DNA of 64,000 bases from Psilocybe cubensis. Lineage: Eukaryota. The notes below the pieces were generated by a model. The model ran no database searches. It was not told the origin of the DNA and was given only the letters and a program-made list of their open reading frames with translations. The stretch lies in contig CM039005.1 of assembly GCA_017499595.2 (NCBI GenBank), positions 1,302,001 to 1,366,000 on the forward strand. The letters are read 5' to 3'. The translations under genes and the position numbers were made by a program. Each line of letters begins with the position of its first letter. Position 1 is the first letter of the stretch. Of the stretch, positions 47,681 to 61,421 are shown in pieces.

Positions 47681-50407
47681 GTTCGAAATAAGCGCGGTTT
47701 CAAAAAGTTTGCAGTGATGGTGGTGGACTTCGGGAAAGAAACCCTCCAATGACTGGAGGTGAACTAGACAGCGAGGTTTGCCGGAGGCCCATGGTCCATT
47801 TAATACTCGTTATGCGAGGCGTGCATCTGAAACAGGATCAACGGACACTATCTCGCGGAAGCCTCATCCTGTAGTTCTGACTTAGTCAGCTTTGCTGGGA
47901 GGCCAAGACTGGGTCTAAGTCGGTAGACGGAAACCGTTGAGGGTCGTTGTGGTACGAGAGAAATTTACCTTGATGGAGCAGAGTTATTTCTGGAAATACC
48001 CGAGTCGGAGTTGGGCGGGGTATGGCAGAAGTTAGAGATGATGCTCACGTTGCCCAAGCGGTTATGTTATCCGTTCAACACAGTTCATAATTATATTTTT
48101 TCCTATGCAATCGTTTCTCGAGGCCTCGAGTGCTCCAAGAGTTTTTTGTAGTCTTCGCTCAATCCTTAACCAACCGAGATCAACTCTACATGTATTTCAA
48201 AGATCGACAAACATTCTCGTACTATCCTTACTGTAAATCGTTTTGTCGACAAAGGATCATATCACCACATTATATTTAGAACATACGACCGCCCATTTAA
48301 AGCTGTTCATGGCTCATCTTGGATGTTAGAAAAGGAAAGGTATTTAATTTTATCTGTCTTGTACTCAGCTATGACATGATAATGCATCTAAAATGAGGAT
48401 TCTGGTGATAATTCGCTGCACTAATCTGGCCACTGATGATTAAACTTACACATGACCATGATAGAACGCGTTGACTGTCTCCCTTAAGGCCTTCTACTTG
48501 CTGACCCAGGCTTGCTATTGCTCCATCGTTGCAGGCCCTGAGTTGTTGAATGCGCTGAACTGCTCGAAAACGAAGACGCCAATTACCTGGAGTTCCCCGA
48601 TAACATTGCGGGGTCGCCAATCAGAGATCGCTTTCGCCTTTATTGGTAATTATGTTACCGTATTAAACATTACTCGAAGGACAAAAGATATTAGTTTGCC
48701 GAAATCCTCGTTTAGATGTTCGCCTACTACATCACTGTAAATGAATAGTTCCTTGTCAATATTTTCACGGTTTTTGCGACCCTACGTTGACAACCATAAT
48801 CTCAAGGATATAAAATGGGCTCATAAGGTCTTCGTTCTTAAACAGACCGGCGTAGAAATACGACTAGTAATGTTTTGTAATCGACTCTGTTCTTCTGCTC
48901 TTATAGCATTTCCGAGGACTTAACCTATTATCCGCGCTCATATACACAGGCGACGCTTAGGAGTAATGAATGATGCATTAAGTTACTCAGGAGAGCTAAC
49001 CGCGTCGGCTAGATACTGTGCATCTAGTATGATCTTTCGACAAACAGTGATTTCAGTAACGCTACGGTTGTCTAGTTCTAGTATATCGAATTATACTACT
49101 ATTTGCAAAGAATGGAACAAACAATGCCATTGGAATTAATACAAATATCATGCAAACAGGCTCGATAAATTTCGAAGTGGTCATGGTTTAGAACTATTCT
49201 TAAATTATGAGGTAACCTGAGGTAGAAATAATGGTACACAATCAGGAAATTTTACCAAAGCAATACCTCAAATTCACTGCCATCCATTGAAGTCAGAACC
49301 TTCTATGAGGACTAGTTAACTCGGTCCCACGCACATAGCACGGATAAGCGCCACTTTTTACGAGGAGGACTGACAGGAAGCGTTCTGATACTTCTTGAAC
49401 TCGGCACCATTGCAAAACGAGGAACTGTGTACCGGCCACTAATTTTTGTACACCGACAGACCAACCAATCACTGAGTCAACTTAGGCTTAACTATTCTCA
49501 GCTCTGTCTTTGAATTTTTCTTGCCATACTAAGCAATGCAAACAATATGGAAAGTAGTTATAAGAATTGTGTATCATTCTCGAGCTCTAAAACTATCTCT
49601 TGCCCATGCCTTACTGATCGACCGAAAGTGAGTGGGTACGGCCATCAGCGGCTGATTGGAGCGGATCTTTAAATAAGTATCCTTCGGCGAATGACGGAAA
49701 AGATCAGTTTTTACATGGGCACAGGCAACTTGTGTCTCAAAACGTACATGTCAGCGGCATATAAATCATAGATATTAATTGCCTATGCTCTTAGTAAATT
49801 ACGATTTACAGCAGCTTCAAATGCCCATTGACGTAGGCTTGCGTTTGCACGTCTGTGGTCTGATCCCCGTGCACTTTCGGAAGCAGCCGGATGACATGCC
49901 ATGGCGCATGGGCATTGGGCGGTGCCGCGAAATGATCCCGGGAATATCTCTGCCAGCCTGTTATTTTATTCTGCTTTTATGGAGGGGGCATTCAGACACT
50001 GCGCGGAGTTGGACCTCCTGAGTTTATCACGACACGGCAGGTTAATCGTCAACGGGCAACGCTGCGGTAGCTTACAATCAAATCGATTGACAAAATGAGA
50101 TGGGTGCCACTAAATGAGGAGATCGATGAGGCGGTAGAGAGGTTATACGGGCCACCTTTCAATCGATTAGCTATGGATGCCTAATCAGAGGTGAGTGCCA
50201 ACCCTGCTATTCTGATAGTACAAGTTTAGAATTCCAAGACGTATTCTAAATCCTAGAACTCTCATGCGGTTGGAATCCGATTAGATTTTCGTCGTATCTG
50301 TGGACATAGTCTTCCACCCTCCTGTCCATGTGCCCATTTTCTCGGGGGTAATATGCCTCCAGGTCAGCCTATGGGAATGTACAAAGGGAACCGGGAACTG
50401 ATTAATA

Positions 50408-51193
50408 ATGTCTGCTGTGATACCAGGCCGCGTGTTTTCAATCTCTCGCTATCCTCGACATCTTCTTCTAGCCCGCCTTCGATTCGTATTGCTACCCCAA
50501 CATTGCTACCTCAACATGAACGTTGACTCTTCCGCACTTCTGTCTCAGGATACAACGAGGGAAATTCAGTGGCCTATGGATTTTCCGACCTACGTTGATC
50601 TTGTCACCATGAACGGACGCGCCAGTGCCGACTTGTACTTCAAAATGGATCCATTGAAGCCCGAGTCGGTCCTCCACGGCCCACCCAAGGTTGTTATATG
50701 CAACGTAAAGTCGTGGAGGAACAAAATCAGTGGTAAAAACTTTCTAAAGCAGGCATGCTCCATCAAATCAGCGAGCAATGGGGAGGCCAGCTTTATCATT
50801 CACCAGCCAGGCGGCATTGAAACATCCGTGTTCGCCACAATTATGCGTCGTCAGGACCATCTTTCAGTTTGGCACGATTTTCTGTGGAGTGATAGTCTGG
50901 GTTTCTCAGACCCCAAGCCATTAAATAACTTCATTCAAGATCATCGCCGTGGCAATGCATACTCTGTCTGCACCAAGTACGGCACCCAGACCTTCAAGCC
51001 TCTTGCTCTCACATCTACCCAACAATCTAAAGTAATTGTTAGCGATTGGAAATTGTACGAGGAGGTAGACGTAAGTCATCATTCTGTTTACGACGGCCCT
51101 ACTTGCTCTTATGAGCTTGATCATCGCTTTTCAGATCTTTGCAGGTCAGTCAAAAAGTTGGCCTTTCTCGTGGCACTTCCAGACTGCATATGA
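50408..51193 (+). CDS. Hypothetical protein (single ORF; true start may be 50516)
   Basis: 261-codon ORF with globular-like composition; no family recognised. Confidence 0.45.
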   Translation: MSAVIPGRVFSISRYPRHLLLARLRFVLLPQHCYLNMNVDSSALLSQDTTREIQWPMDFPTYVDLVTMNGRASADLYFKMDPLKPESVLHGPPKVVICNVKSWRNKISGKNFLKQACSIKSASNGEASFIIHQPGGIETSVFATIMRRQDHLSVWHDFLWSDSLGFSDPKPLNNFIQDHRRGNAYSVCTKYGTQTFKPLALTSTQQSKVIVSDWKLYEEVDVSHHSVYDGPTCSYELDHRFSDLCRSVKKLAFLVALPDCI

Positions 51194-51578
51194 TCGGAAT
51201 AGTGAGAAATTGAAAATGTGGATCCGTATCGAGCGCGGCTCAGTTCCTCGAATTGACCCCCTTGCATTGAACATCTTGGTTCAATCATGCATTTTGTCGA
51301 CTTGGGTAATGCAGTCCATGATAATCGAATACACACAAACATGAAATGTGTAGGGTAATCGCATCGCCTGGCTAGTATACATCTCTGTTGGAGCTTGTAA
51401 ATCAGTTCTATTCACCCACCCCTATGAATGGAAAGCCCTATTTTCTATGCATTTGTCAAAGACATTCTGTACAAGACGAAATGTAAAACGAAGTAGCGAA
51501 TATATTTGAGAGGAGTGTCCTATTGTCAGTGCTATGCATAGGTACCAACTTTGAGCATATTTTTTAAACACAAACAAT

Positions 51579-52967
51579 CTAATCTGCGGGGTTCCTCACC
51601 ATTTCATGCCAGTCAATTTTATCGTCTTCATCGTAGTGTTCAGTCCAAGCGTCTGTAATCGAGTAAAAAAATCCAAAATTTGACTGCCTGTTTTCCAGAA
51701 AATTGCGCAATCGAAGTTTCAAATCGTCTTCCCAGCCGGCCTCTGGGGCATCATAGGACGGCCACATATCTCGCACATACACCCGAAGTGACATGCGTTG
51801 CAATACTGGCCATTTGCTGGAGTCTGCAAGAACGTCTTGGATTAAAGGAACTTGAGAGATTGACGAAGAACGTGACATCACGTTAAAACTGAGATGCTGG
51901 ACAAGATGGCCGGCCGTGTCGGCCACCTTTTTGAGCCTATCAATTAGGCATGTCAACATAGAAAGATGAGAATTGTGGATACGAATTTTGAGGCATTTCA
52001 GTGAAGGAGGTGGAACAGCCAATATAGATGGAAAGAGGGAGTAGGTAGAATCTGGAAAGGGTTCAGTGAAAAGTTACGAGATTTCTGATGGAACACGAGG
52101 AATACGAAAGTAGGCCATACCTGATATTCGCAAATCAAGTTCCTCGAGGTATGGTATGTCGGATAAAAGTTGAAAATACAGAGATTGCTGGATATAGCTG
52201 CTCAGATATATGCAAAGCCCTTTGAGATCAATGAATAATTTTCTTTTTTGTAGATGGCGGATCCACTGGCTGGGTATGACGTCTTCCAGATATAGTTTAT
52301 GACACTTAATAGATTGTAGTGGCCTACACTTGTCCATAAAGTTCGCACTAGTCATCGTAAGAGTGTGAAGATTGCAAGGCGCCAGATCTAAGGGAGAGAT
52401 GGCGATTATTTTAATGAACCGGATATCGACGACACTCGGAAGATGCATTAGGTGTACGATGGTAGATCGGAGTGATAGTGGAATGTCAACTGTCCATTCC
52501 AATGAGTATCCTTTAATGACAATGGACTTTAGCTGATCCATATGCTTCAAATGATGATGCACTGAAAGTAAGCTCTGGTCGAAGGAGTATGATCGGCCTG
52601 GTAGGACAATCCACAGAGAGCGAACGTGTTGTCCAATCCACGGCGAGTCCTTGAGAAGGTTGCAGAAATTCAGCAATTTATCGGTTTCTCCAGCATAGAT
52701 ATCGGAAAATATGTGTCTTCTGCTGTGTTGAAGAAATGCATAACAGGTGAGCGAGCATGCTTTGACGGTTTTGAAGGCGCCCAGCTTCTTGTCTGCTAAA
52801 ACCACTTCATCAATGATAAGGCCGATGATCTCTGTGGGGATGAACTCGACGAGTGGTTGCATACAAGTAGAGATCAGCAAAGTGTTGCTGTCTATGACTT
52901 CGGGGTATTCCCAATTTCGATGCAAAGGGTCAAGGGTTTGATGTATGATAGGGCGGGCAACACTCAT
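51579..52967 (-). CDS. Fungal F-box-like / LRR-like hypothetical protein (2 exons)
   Basis: IPTEIIGLIIDEV...VKACSLTCYAFLQHSRRHIF, LLKDSPWIGQHVRSL, leucine-rich segments; intron near 52050-52100. Confidence 0.7.
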
Positions 52968-53214
52968 GACGTCCTGAGAAAGTTGAAGGACTAATTTTAT
53001 CTTGCAAGTTTACCCAAAATTCGACGTCCTTGAGACTGATTCTGAACGCAAAATAGTTTCCATTAATCACTATAGTACCGGGTGCAGTGAAATTTTTTGT
53101 TCAGCTTTAATTATGCGACAATTAGTATGCTTAAATTATCTGTGGTGTATTCGTCCGAAGATCGCATGGCCTATGTGCATCGAGATTCGAGTAGTTACAT
53201 GAGCTCCTAATAAA

Positions 53215-53577
53215 TCAAAAATCCTTCCCTGCCCCTTGCTCGACTCCCCATGCATCTTCTCCAAAGTCCGATGACTTGTCCCGACCCTGTTGTGCGTCTT
53301 GTATCTCAGGAACCAAGCTGGTACCATTCGTGGATTGATCGATTAGGCCCTTGTCATTATTGAGACTCTCTCCAGTAGAGTTTGCACTACTTCCTTCAGA
53401 CCCTAGTGGAAAGTCAGTACCGCGCTGCGACTTGTCCGACCATGCGCTTTCTGGCGTTGCTGAGTAACCACCAGATGCGGTAGCTTCGTTTGCAAAACAA
53501 TGAGGTCGATTACAGAATGAAGAAGAAAGATAGAGTAGCGTACTATCTTTTGGACTCGATGGATAGCTTCCAGGCAT
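53215..53577 (-). CDS. Small hydrophilic hypothetical protein (100-120 aa)
   Basis: ORF with good start context (aaaaccATG), Gly/Ser/Asp-rich. A 60-nt in-frame GTACGC...AAG segment near its 5' end is probably an intron. Confidence 0.5.
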   Translation of the reverse strand: MPGSYPSSPKDSTLLYLSSSFCNRPHCFANEATASGGYSATPESAWSDKSQRGTDFPLGSEGSSANSTGESLNNDKGLIDQSTNGTSLVPEIQDAQQGRDKSSDFGEDAWGVEQGAGKDF

Positions 53578-54339
53578 GGTTTTCTCTCCTTCAGTTCTAG
53601 TTGTATTTCCTGAGTCTGGTTGGTTACGTGTAACGGCTGAAAGAAAGCGTGTCTCGCTCTATCAGAACAGTTTTTATGTGAGTAGGAAGAGGAAATCCAT
53701 ACGATCAGGATTGTTGGGATTTATAACAGAGTCGGATTTGGTGGTCATTATGGTATTCTTTGAATGGCAATCTGTGTTGGTTGGTTAAGAGGCAATCCAG
53801 CCCCAAGTGAACTGACGTCATAGATTGGTGGGTAATCTATTTATGGAACTATACTTCATTCGGAAGGTTATTCTCACGGTTTCCACAGGACTGTCAACTT
53901 GCTCTCAACTGCTCATGATCAGGAAGCGTTTCTTGAGTCCCTCTTTGTGGCCTTTAGACGCCATTTTTTGAATGGTTTTTTTTTGACGATTAAAATCATA
54001 CGCGCTGATATGCGTGACCAGCTAGGTTGTGCAAGGCTCTGCTCATCGGTTGTTCGATATCGACCAATTGGGAGCCATACGAAAATCGTAGTATTCTTTT
54101 TGGCAAACAAAAAGAACTGTGAAGAAAGTAGTTGTCCGGATTTCCCTGCGGTAATTCGATTTTCCAATAGAGGGAAGAAAAAGAAACATATGAAGGATGA
54201 GTCGGACTCTGACGGTGTCCTGTCATATGCGGTGTGTCAGGGAGACCAGCCAAGCTGGGCCAAACAGATTACCGTGTGGATGATGCAGCTGGCAGCCCAT
54301 TTCAGACTCTAATACTATCCTCCTCCTCCGTCTCCAGCA

Positions 54340-55454
54340 ATGCTCTCAAAACGTATCATCGCCGTCGCGCGCGGTCGCTCTCTACTGCGACCTCAGCATC
54401 TCCAGGATGCTTCAAAAGTCCTGTGAGTAGATCCGTCCTCAAGCATCGGCTGTTGGCCGGTCAACAGTGCTCACAATCTGCTGGTCAGGATTCGCTCCAG
54501 GATCGCACAGTTCCACTCAAGTCGTCTGCTACAAGGTTTGTATATCATCTATTCGACAAGCACCGACTAAAGGAGAACTCTTTCGTTAGCCGAGACTGTT
54601 AAAGTTCCCCAAATGGCGGAATCCATTACCGAGGGTACATTGAAGACGTGGACAAAGCAAGTCGGCGACACTGTCGAAGTCGACGAGGAGGTCGCGACGA
54701 TCGAGACTGATAAGGTCCGTTGGAACTAGGAACGGTCTGCTCCGACCGGTCCTTCTGACTTTTTTTTGCTTCATGCTTCCTTTTTTCCGTCCGGCTGGGT
54801 GATAATATAGATTGATGTGTCGGTGAACGCAACAAAAGCTGGAACCATCGTGAAACTACTCGCGAACGAGGAGGATACCGTTGTTCCAGGGCAAGATCTC
54901 TTCGTTATTGAGGAAGGAGAGGTTAGCCAATGTACGTCATCATTTTTACAATCCTTTTTTATCGTAGTAATCCTCCAAATTTGTATTACAGCCTCAACGC
55001 CCGCCCCTCCCCCACCAAAAGAAGAGAAGGGACCCTCAGAAACAGAGTCAAAACCCAAAACTAAAGATGCTGAGGAACCTAGCGACCAACAGACCGATAA
55101 GAAGCTGCCACCACCTCCCAAACCTTCGGATTCCACCAAGAAGGAGCTCAAGGTTGAAAAGGAGTCCTCAAAAGAGAAGGCCCCTAAAAAGGAGAAGGAA
55201 AGTGCACCCGCCGCCCCCAAACCTGCTGTTGGTAGCAGGAATGAGACCAGGGTGCGTACACCTCATTGCTCACCCAACTAATTTTATCAACCAATTGCTT
55301 CCAGGTGAAAATGAACCGCATGCGTCTGCGCATCGCTGAGCGTCTCAAGCAATCGCAGAATGCCGCCGCATCGTTAACCACTTTCAACGAGATTGATATG
55401 TCTGCTCTCATCAACATGCGCAAGAAGTACAAGGATGCTGTTCAGAAGGAGCAT

Positions 55455-55485
<31 letters not shown>

Positions 55486-56213
55486 CCAAGGCTTCCGTGT
55501 TGGCGCTTAAGGAGATCCCTGCTGCCAATGCCAGCATTGAGGGCGAAGAGATCGTTTATCGCGACTACGTTGACTTGAGTGTTGCGGTCGCTACTCCCAA
55601 GGGATTGGTTACGCCTGTGGTGAGAAACGCTGAGGCAATGGGACTCGTTGACATCGAGAAGGAAGTCGCTGCTTTGGGCAAGAAGGTGCGTCCCTTTACC
55701 CTTCTTTCTATCGCATTTTCTAACTTAAGACATCAGGCTCGCGACGGAAAGTTGGGCCTTGAGGATATGGCTGGAGGCACATTCACCATGTTTGTTCATT
55801 CTTGTTATCTCGCATACGCGTCTTCTAATCCGATCTTAGTTCTAACGGAGGCGTTTTCGGGTCTCTCTATGGAACACCTATCATCAACTTGCCTCAAGCT
55901 GCTGTCCTCGGTATGTCTTTCGTATCCCGTCGTTTCCACAGGACGCTAAATCATTACGTGGCATTGTAGGTATGCACACCATCAAAGAGCGCCCCGTCGT
56001 TGTCGACGGACAGATTGTCATTCGTCCCATCATGGTCGTCGCCCTTACCTACGACCATCGTTTGATGGACGGCCGTGAGGCTGTTACCTTCCTTGGTAAG
56101 CATTTCTGAACAATTAATTGTGAATTCAAGTTCACTTACTGACGTCATTATTCTCTACAGTGAAAGTCAAGGAATACCTCGAAGATCCCGCCAAGATGCT
56201 TCTTGCTGTTTAA
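54340..56213 (+). CDS. KGD2: Dihydrolipoamide succinyltransferase (E2 of 2-oxoglutarate dehydrogenase), mitochondrial
   Basis: Presequence [17 protein letters not shown], lipoyl domain [13 protein letters not shown]...[46 protein letters not shown], catalytic [13 protein letters not shown]. Confidence 0.97.
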
Positions 56214-57891
56214 TGGGATTTATACCTTGCTGCAAGGATAAGGATTAGCACAAGTTGACTTTCGAGAAGACTTGGGCTTAATAATTTATCAAACGATAAA
56301 TCGAACCTCTTAGCTGCTTTTAACTCTTTTCCCCGATGCCACTAACAGTAGCTGTAGCGGCGTAGACTTCATTTTTGAACTTGCAAAACAAGTTCACAAT
56401 ATTTAAAGCGTTTTAATCTACCTGCTTCTACTCTTTATTATTCTTTTCGCAATTCACGGTTAGGAGACCTATTACTACATTCCAAATTTCGAGCTTTGGT
56501 AGGTGTTAAAATCTACTGCGCTACAGCCCAGTCTCAGTCTTCTAGATCATTTGTACTTCTGTTATCCGGCAGAACTCGACTGCGAAAAAAAAATTGCCGA
56601 CTTGCCGCAGCCGATGACAAATAATATCTCACGATTTTTTGCGAGTGTTGTGGGCAGCGGCGGACGGGCCAGTTCTCCTTTCATTTGCGCGGTTCACCAA
56701 CGATTCCCAGTTTTTCCCCTGATTTGACTCATCCGCGAACCTAGTACTTCATTAATCATTTTTGCCTGCCATCAGCAAAGTGTCTTACGGTTCAAATCTC
56801 TCGCTCCACCCGGATCGTCGCGATCAATATCATTTTGGCGGGACTTGAGCTTCAGGGACGTCTCATGGATATTTATCGTGGACTTCGTGTAGAGACACTT
56901 CCGTTCAAAGTCTCAGCACAGATCATTATCGACAACCGGTGTTTTAATCAGTCCCTGCAACGACCTTTAACCCCATTGTTACCATTGTTCTCTGTTCAGA
57001 AGGAAGATTAGTGCCGAGGTCTTTGGCTCGGGAACTGCAGCACTTGGTGAATTTGCTCCCCATCATGGATTGGTGCATGCGTGGCAGTCTGTCTATATGA
57101 GATCCCCCTCTCATCTCTTTTCCTTCTTCGTTCTGTCGGTTTTCTTTGTCTTCTTTTGCATCTGATTCGATCTACACCCCGGCGGACATTCCTTCACCGT
57201 CCACGAATATTCGCAGTAATCAAGATGAGATAAGAGGTTCTCGAAAGAACACGCCAGTACCAGAAGTCCAGCTTTCTTCTTCTGATGGTCTTCCGGGCGC
57301 AGAAAAAATTGACAGATGTCTCCTTGGTAGTTCTCACACAGCGGTGTGTGATTTTTCTCACATGGACGACCGAGTGGCGAGTCATTTTGCATCGAATTCT
57401 TGCGGTGGCCCGGCCACATCGCGGCGGTTTTTCGGTTTACGTCCAGTAGAAAGCGACCCAGTCCTCTGGAAAAGTGCTCGTGCCCTAGGGTCCTGCTCTG
57501 ATGGCCTTATTTCTCTCAAGGTCGGTTAATGGCTTCTGGTATGACTCCATCTCAAGACTTCGTGTAAATCCTCTCCCAAGATACGGGTCGTGAATATTGA
57601 CTGGTGGATTCTGTGCGGTCTCATTGCACTTCTATGGATGTCACCTTGCTAACGTTAGCACGGTCATCCCGTGGTTTCTGGATACGGACTTGAAGGAATA
57701 AGTCTACTTATACGGGCGCCTACAAGGCTTGTGAACATCCCAGTCAGACCGTACGGCGGCATGACGTGCTTGTGTATACCTCGTGGCCTGCCACAATTAT
57801 ATTAGGTCGTGACTATCAAATTTATAAAAGTAAGGCGATCTCCTGCACCTTGAAAGTTTGCGCCACCCCCCGAACTTGAACTACCGCACGC

Positions 57892-59184
57892 ATGTCGTCT
57901 TGGCAGGATTTTAATAATGACCAACACAGTCGTGGTAAAGAGCAGTTCGACAACTGTAAAATGCCAAATGCACCTCAGAAGAGATACAAAATGATGCACT
58001 ATATTGACCTTCCCGAAATCAGCGATTCAGATTTTTCGCCGATGTCGTATAATTCAGAAAATGAAATTGAACAGTAAGTGATGGAAGTATTCAAAATGAT
58101 GTAGATTTAACCTGATTTTTCACCCAGCTCACCTGATACTACACCCAACGAAAAACCTGAGTAAGTTAAAAGTTCAGTCCAGTTTTGAGGCATACTAAAG
58201 GCATGTTAGCTCGTACTTTCCAGGCTTTGTTTCCGCTCGGCGTAGTATGGATGAACCGGTCACCCCCAAAAGGTCAGTCGGCGCAAAACCTTTCAGATCG
58301 GCAAATGACGGACATATGTTTGGTGACAGACAGAAGCTCGACCGGTCGTCGGAAAGTAGTGCAAGTCCCTCGCCTGTCAGGTATGTTCAACTGTAGTCTA
58401 CATCTATTATCAGAACATTGATATATCTATGCAAAATATACAGCCCTTCTAATCCTAAGCCTTTCAGATGGAATGAGGTGGCGAGGGCAAGCCCAGAGGC
58501 CATCGCTGCTTACTTCCGCGAACAGGATAGGCAAGCGATGATTGCAAAGTTTGTGTCTCATAATAAACTACTACCGTGCCTTGGAACTGACTTGCATTAT
58601 CTCAGAGCCAATAACCTCCCTCCACCCGTTGACAGTAAATAATCAACGCAGTCTTCGAAAACAAAATTTCTGACACGATTTTAGGGTTACTACCGATAGA
58701 TACAAGTTCCACCTTTGCGTTCAAAAGGCGCGCTACTGTTTCTGACTTTCCTCCTAGACGTAATCAGATTTGGAAGGGGAATGGGGCGTATCAATCCTTT
58801 GGTCAAGCCATCTCTTCCGCAAGTTTGACGCCCTCTGGCATTTCGACCCCTGGTAATGCATGGTCACACAATGAACCAACTAAGTATACATCCACTCCAT
58901 TTTCCGCACCCCCAGGGCTATCGGGTCGCGGTCGCTCGACTTCGGATTATACCACTCCCCGCCGCGTCAACAGCACGCCACTCCCTTCAAATTCACTACT
59001 TTTGCAGAGTGATTTGGGTCAATCTAAACCTGCCTTAGATTTTAGTGTTCATACCTCTTTGACGATGGTTGATAATCAAGGATTTAATTCTGAACGATCT
59101 AGTGACGGAATAGCTGCCGCAGTACCCTCCTTGATATCTCAGATTGAAGACGGCGACGATGATTGGGAAGACATCTATGTGTGA
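57892..59184 (+). CDS. Hypothetical multi-exon, largely disordered protein
   Basis: Chain of short GT-AG-bounded exons from MSSWQDFNND to ...EDGDDDWEDIYV*; no family recognised. Confidence 0.55.
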
Positions 59185-59405
59185 GGGTATAAAGAATTGC
59201 AGTGGATGAACGCGGTTACACCAACGAATCAAAGCCTGACTTATTTCATAGACCCATGTTGGTATTATATGATTCCAAATGGAAGTGGAAAACGCATTTT
59301 TAACAATTAACCGTAAATTTGTTAGGCGGATGATAATGAATCATCGTTTCTGGTTCGATATGAAAAGATTCTGTAATCGTATTGTTCAAACAAAGACATT
59401 TGTTA

Positions 59406-60757
59406 CTACATCAAAAGACACCCAAAAACATTGGACAGGTTTTGCTTGGTAGATCGAAATATTCCAGGCCGGTTTTCGGGTGGTGAATATGCCATAGCCG
59501 CTTTCTGTTCAGCGAAGTCAGAAGCTTTAAAACTTTTGATCCATATTTCGCGTTTTAGATACGCTGGGTCCATTTTGTCGATGATCTTCTTGAATTTTTG
59601 AAGGGATTCAGCCGCAGTAGGCCTGAGATCAGGGTTGTCGCGTGTCATCGCAATGTAAAGTGGTTTCAAAAATTTTAAGCCTTTGTACTCCTGACAAGAA
59701 AAAAGTTCGGTTAGCACATTGCTCTTAGGAAAGAATGACTTCACTAGCTTACTTCTGCAAACCCTTTTACTTGGCATCCTAGTTGGTACACGTCCAGTTT
59801 AAAAGGGTCGTAAGGTGCGTCCAGAGACCACTCCGGAACTGTCTTGATTTGACCATATCGTCCCTCGGATAAAACGTTTGGAGGAAAGTATTCGGCAGTC
59901 TCGTAATCAATCATGTAATATTTTACTGGGGAAACCAAACAACGGTCTTTGAAGACAGGCCGAGACTTACCGTCAGGATGAAGCCAGTCTCGGACATAGT
60001 GAAAGCTGCTGGGGATGGCGTTGGTAGGGTCCATCATGTAGTTCAGAAAACACGCATCCCTAGTACCAGACATCAGAACGAGCGGGTGGAACATGAGCAT
60101 TGGGAACAAGCCTGTGAGCGATGCGGTGTTCGTGGAGAAATGCAAGTCCCTGTGCAAATGTATGTCAAATAGGCCGTGGGCTAGAAACACACGGACGTAC
60201 ATTAATGAGCTGTTCAATTACTTCCACAATTTCCCTGACATGCTGGAACGGGAAGCTCCAACTCATCAAAGGAAAAAGGAGAGGCATTACCAGGAGCACT
60301 GCCGATTCGCGTGAATTGGCCATTTTGTACTGCGACGGTAAAGGTATCACTTCGAGGAGGGGAACCGTATTATTTCTGGGGTCCGCGCGCATTTCAGGAG
60401 AATTCAAATATTCCAGGAGGGGTACATTATCTTCCTCAAGGAAGACTCGCTTTATTACTACTCTTGCGCCGTCACTAACGCGAGTAGCATCCATGAGTTT
60501 ATGTTTCTGTTGAATAAGAATAAGATATTGAGTTGGCTATTCCGTAGTTGACAGAGATTACAGACTAGAGTTGAAATATAGTCAGGACACTTAAACTTGT
60601 CCTTGTAAAAGTTCCAGGGTCCTTTCCAAGAAGGCTTCCAGTTTGGATGGTATCTGGGACGAAGCATGTACCCGTGTTGCAAAAGGAAAGGATATATCTC
60701 AACCCATCTTGCCTCCAGTGAACTGATAAGCCCTACGGGAGCTTCTTCGCCCGTCAT
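59406..60757 (-). CDS. AgaK1-like atypical protein kinase, copy A
   Basis: WVEIYPFLLQHGYMLRPRYHPNWKPSW, MDATRVSDGARVVIK, DPRNNTVPLLE, GLAFLHEHRIAHRDACFLNYMMD, YYMIDYE, VPEWS...YDPFKLDVYQLG, RPTAAESL. Confidence 0.85.
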
Positions 60758-61421
60758 TTTCTGCTTGTATATATGACTTCGAGGTGAGATAGAACAATAG
60801 TGATCGTAGAAAAAATACCTTGTAAGAGTTGAAATCCTTGAAACGTCAAAACCGGACCGTGATGCAACTTGGCTGAATATAGGTTGTGCTTCAATGATTC
60901 GGCTGTAAACGTTAAATTGAAGTCTGCGACCCAGTCAAACAATTTGCCAACGGTGTGAGATCCAGTGAGGGAAACTAAGTTGGATGAGAATGTTGGATAG
61001 AATATTCGGCCATCACGTGTAAGCAATTTTCAGAAACCATGACAGTAGTGTTACAGGTCTTTGAAGAGGCTCCCATTTTCATCTTGTAAACTTACAGTAT
61101 ATTGTTAGAGGTTATTTGTATGCTCGCATATGGATCATGAATGGACTATAAATGAGATAAACTGTTGCTTTCAAATATGAAAGCAAACATGCCCGTTAAA
61201 TTTGGACTCATGGATGCTAATCAGCGAGCCGGGTGCAGGGAAAGAATTGCCCTTGTCGCCCGTGACACAACTGCATGCGCCATGATGTTCTGTGTAGGAC
61301 AGGGGAGGCTTCGGGCCCCTCCCGCTGCTACACACCGGGCGGCTCTGTTGAGGGCCGTTTGGTAATCTCGTAAACATAAACATAAACATAAACGATAATA
61401 AGTGGTGTTTATAGGGTACTA

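Noticed and set aside
57111..57529. ORFs of 102-127 aa between KGD2 and the hypothetical gene
   Set aside because: Non-ATG or weak starts, no motifs and overlapping on both strands; more likely intergenic or UTR sequence.
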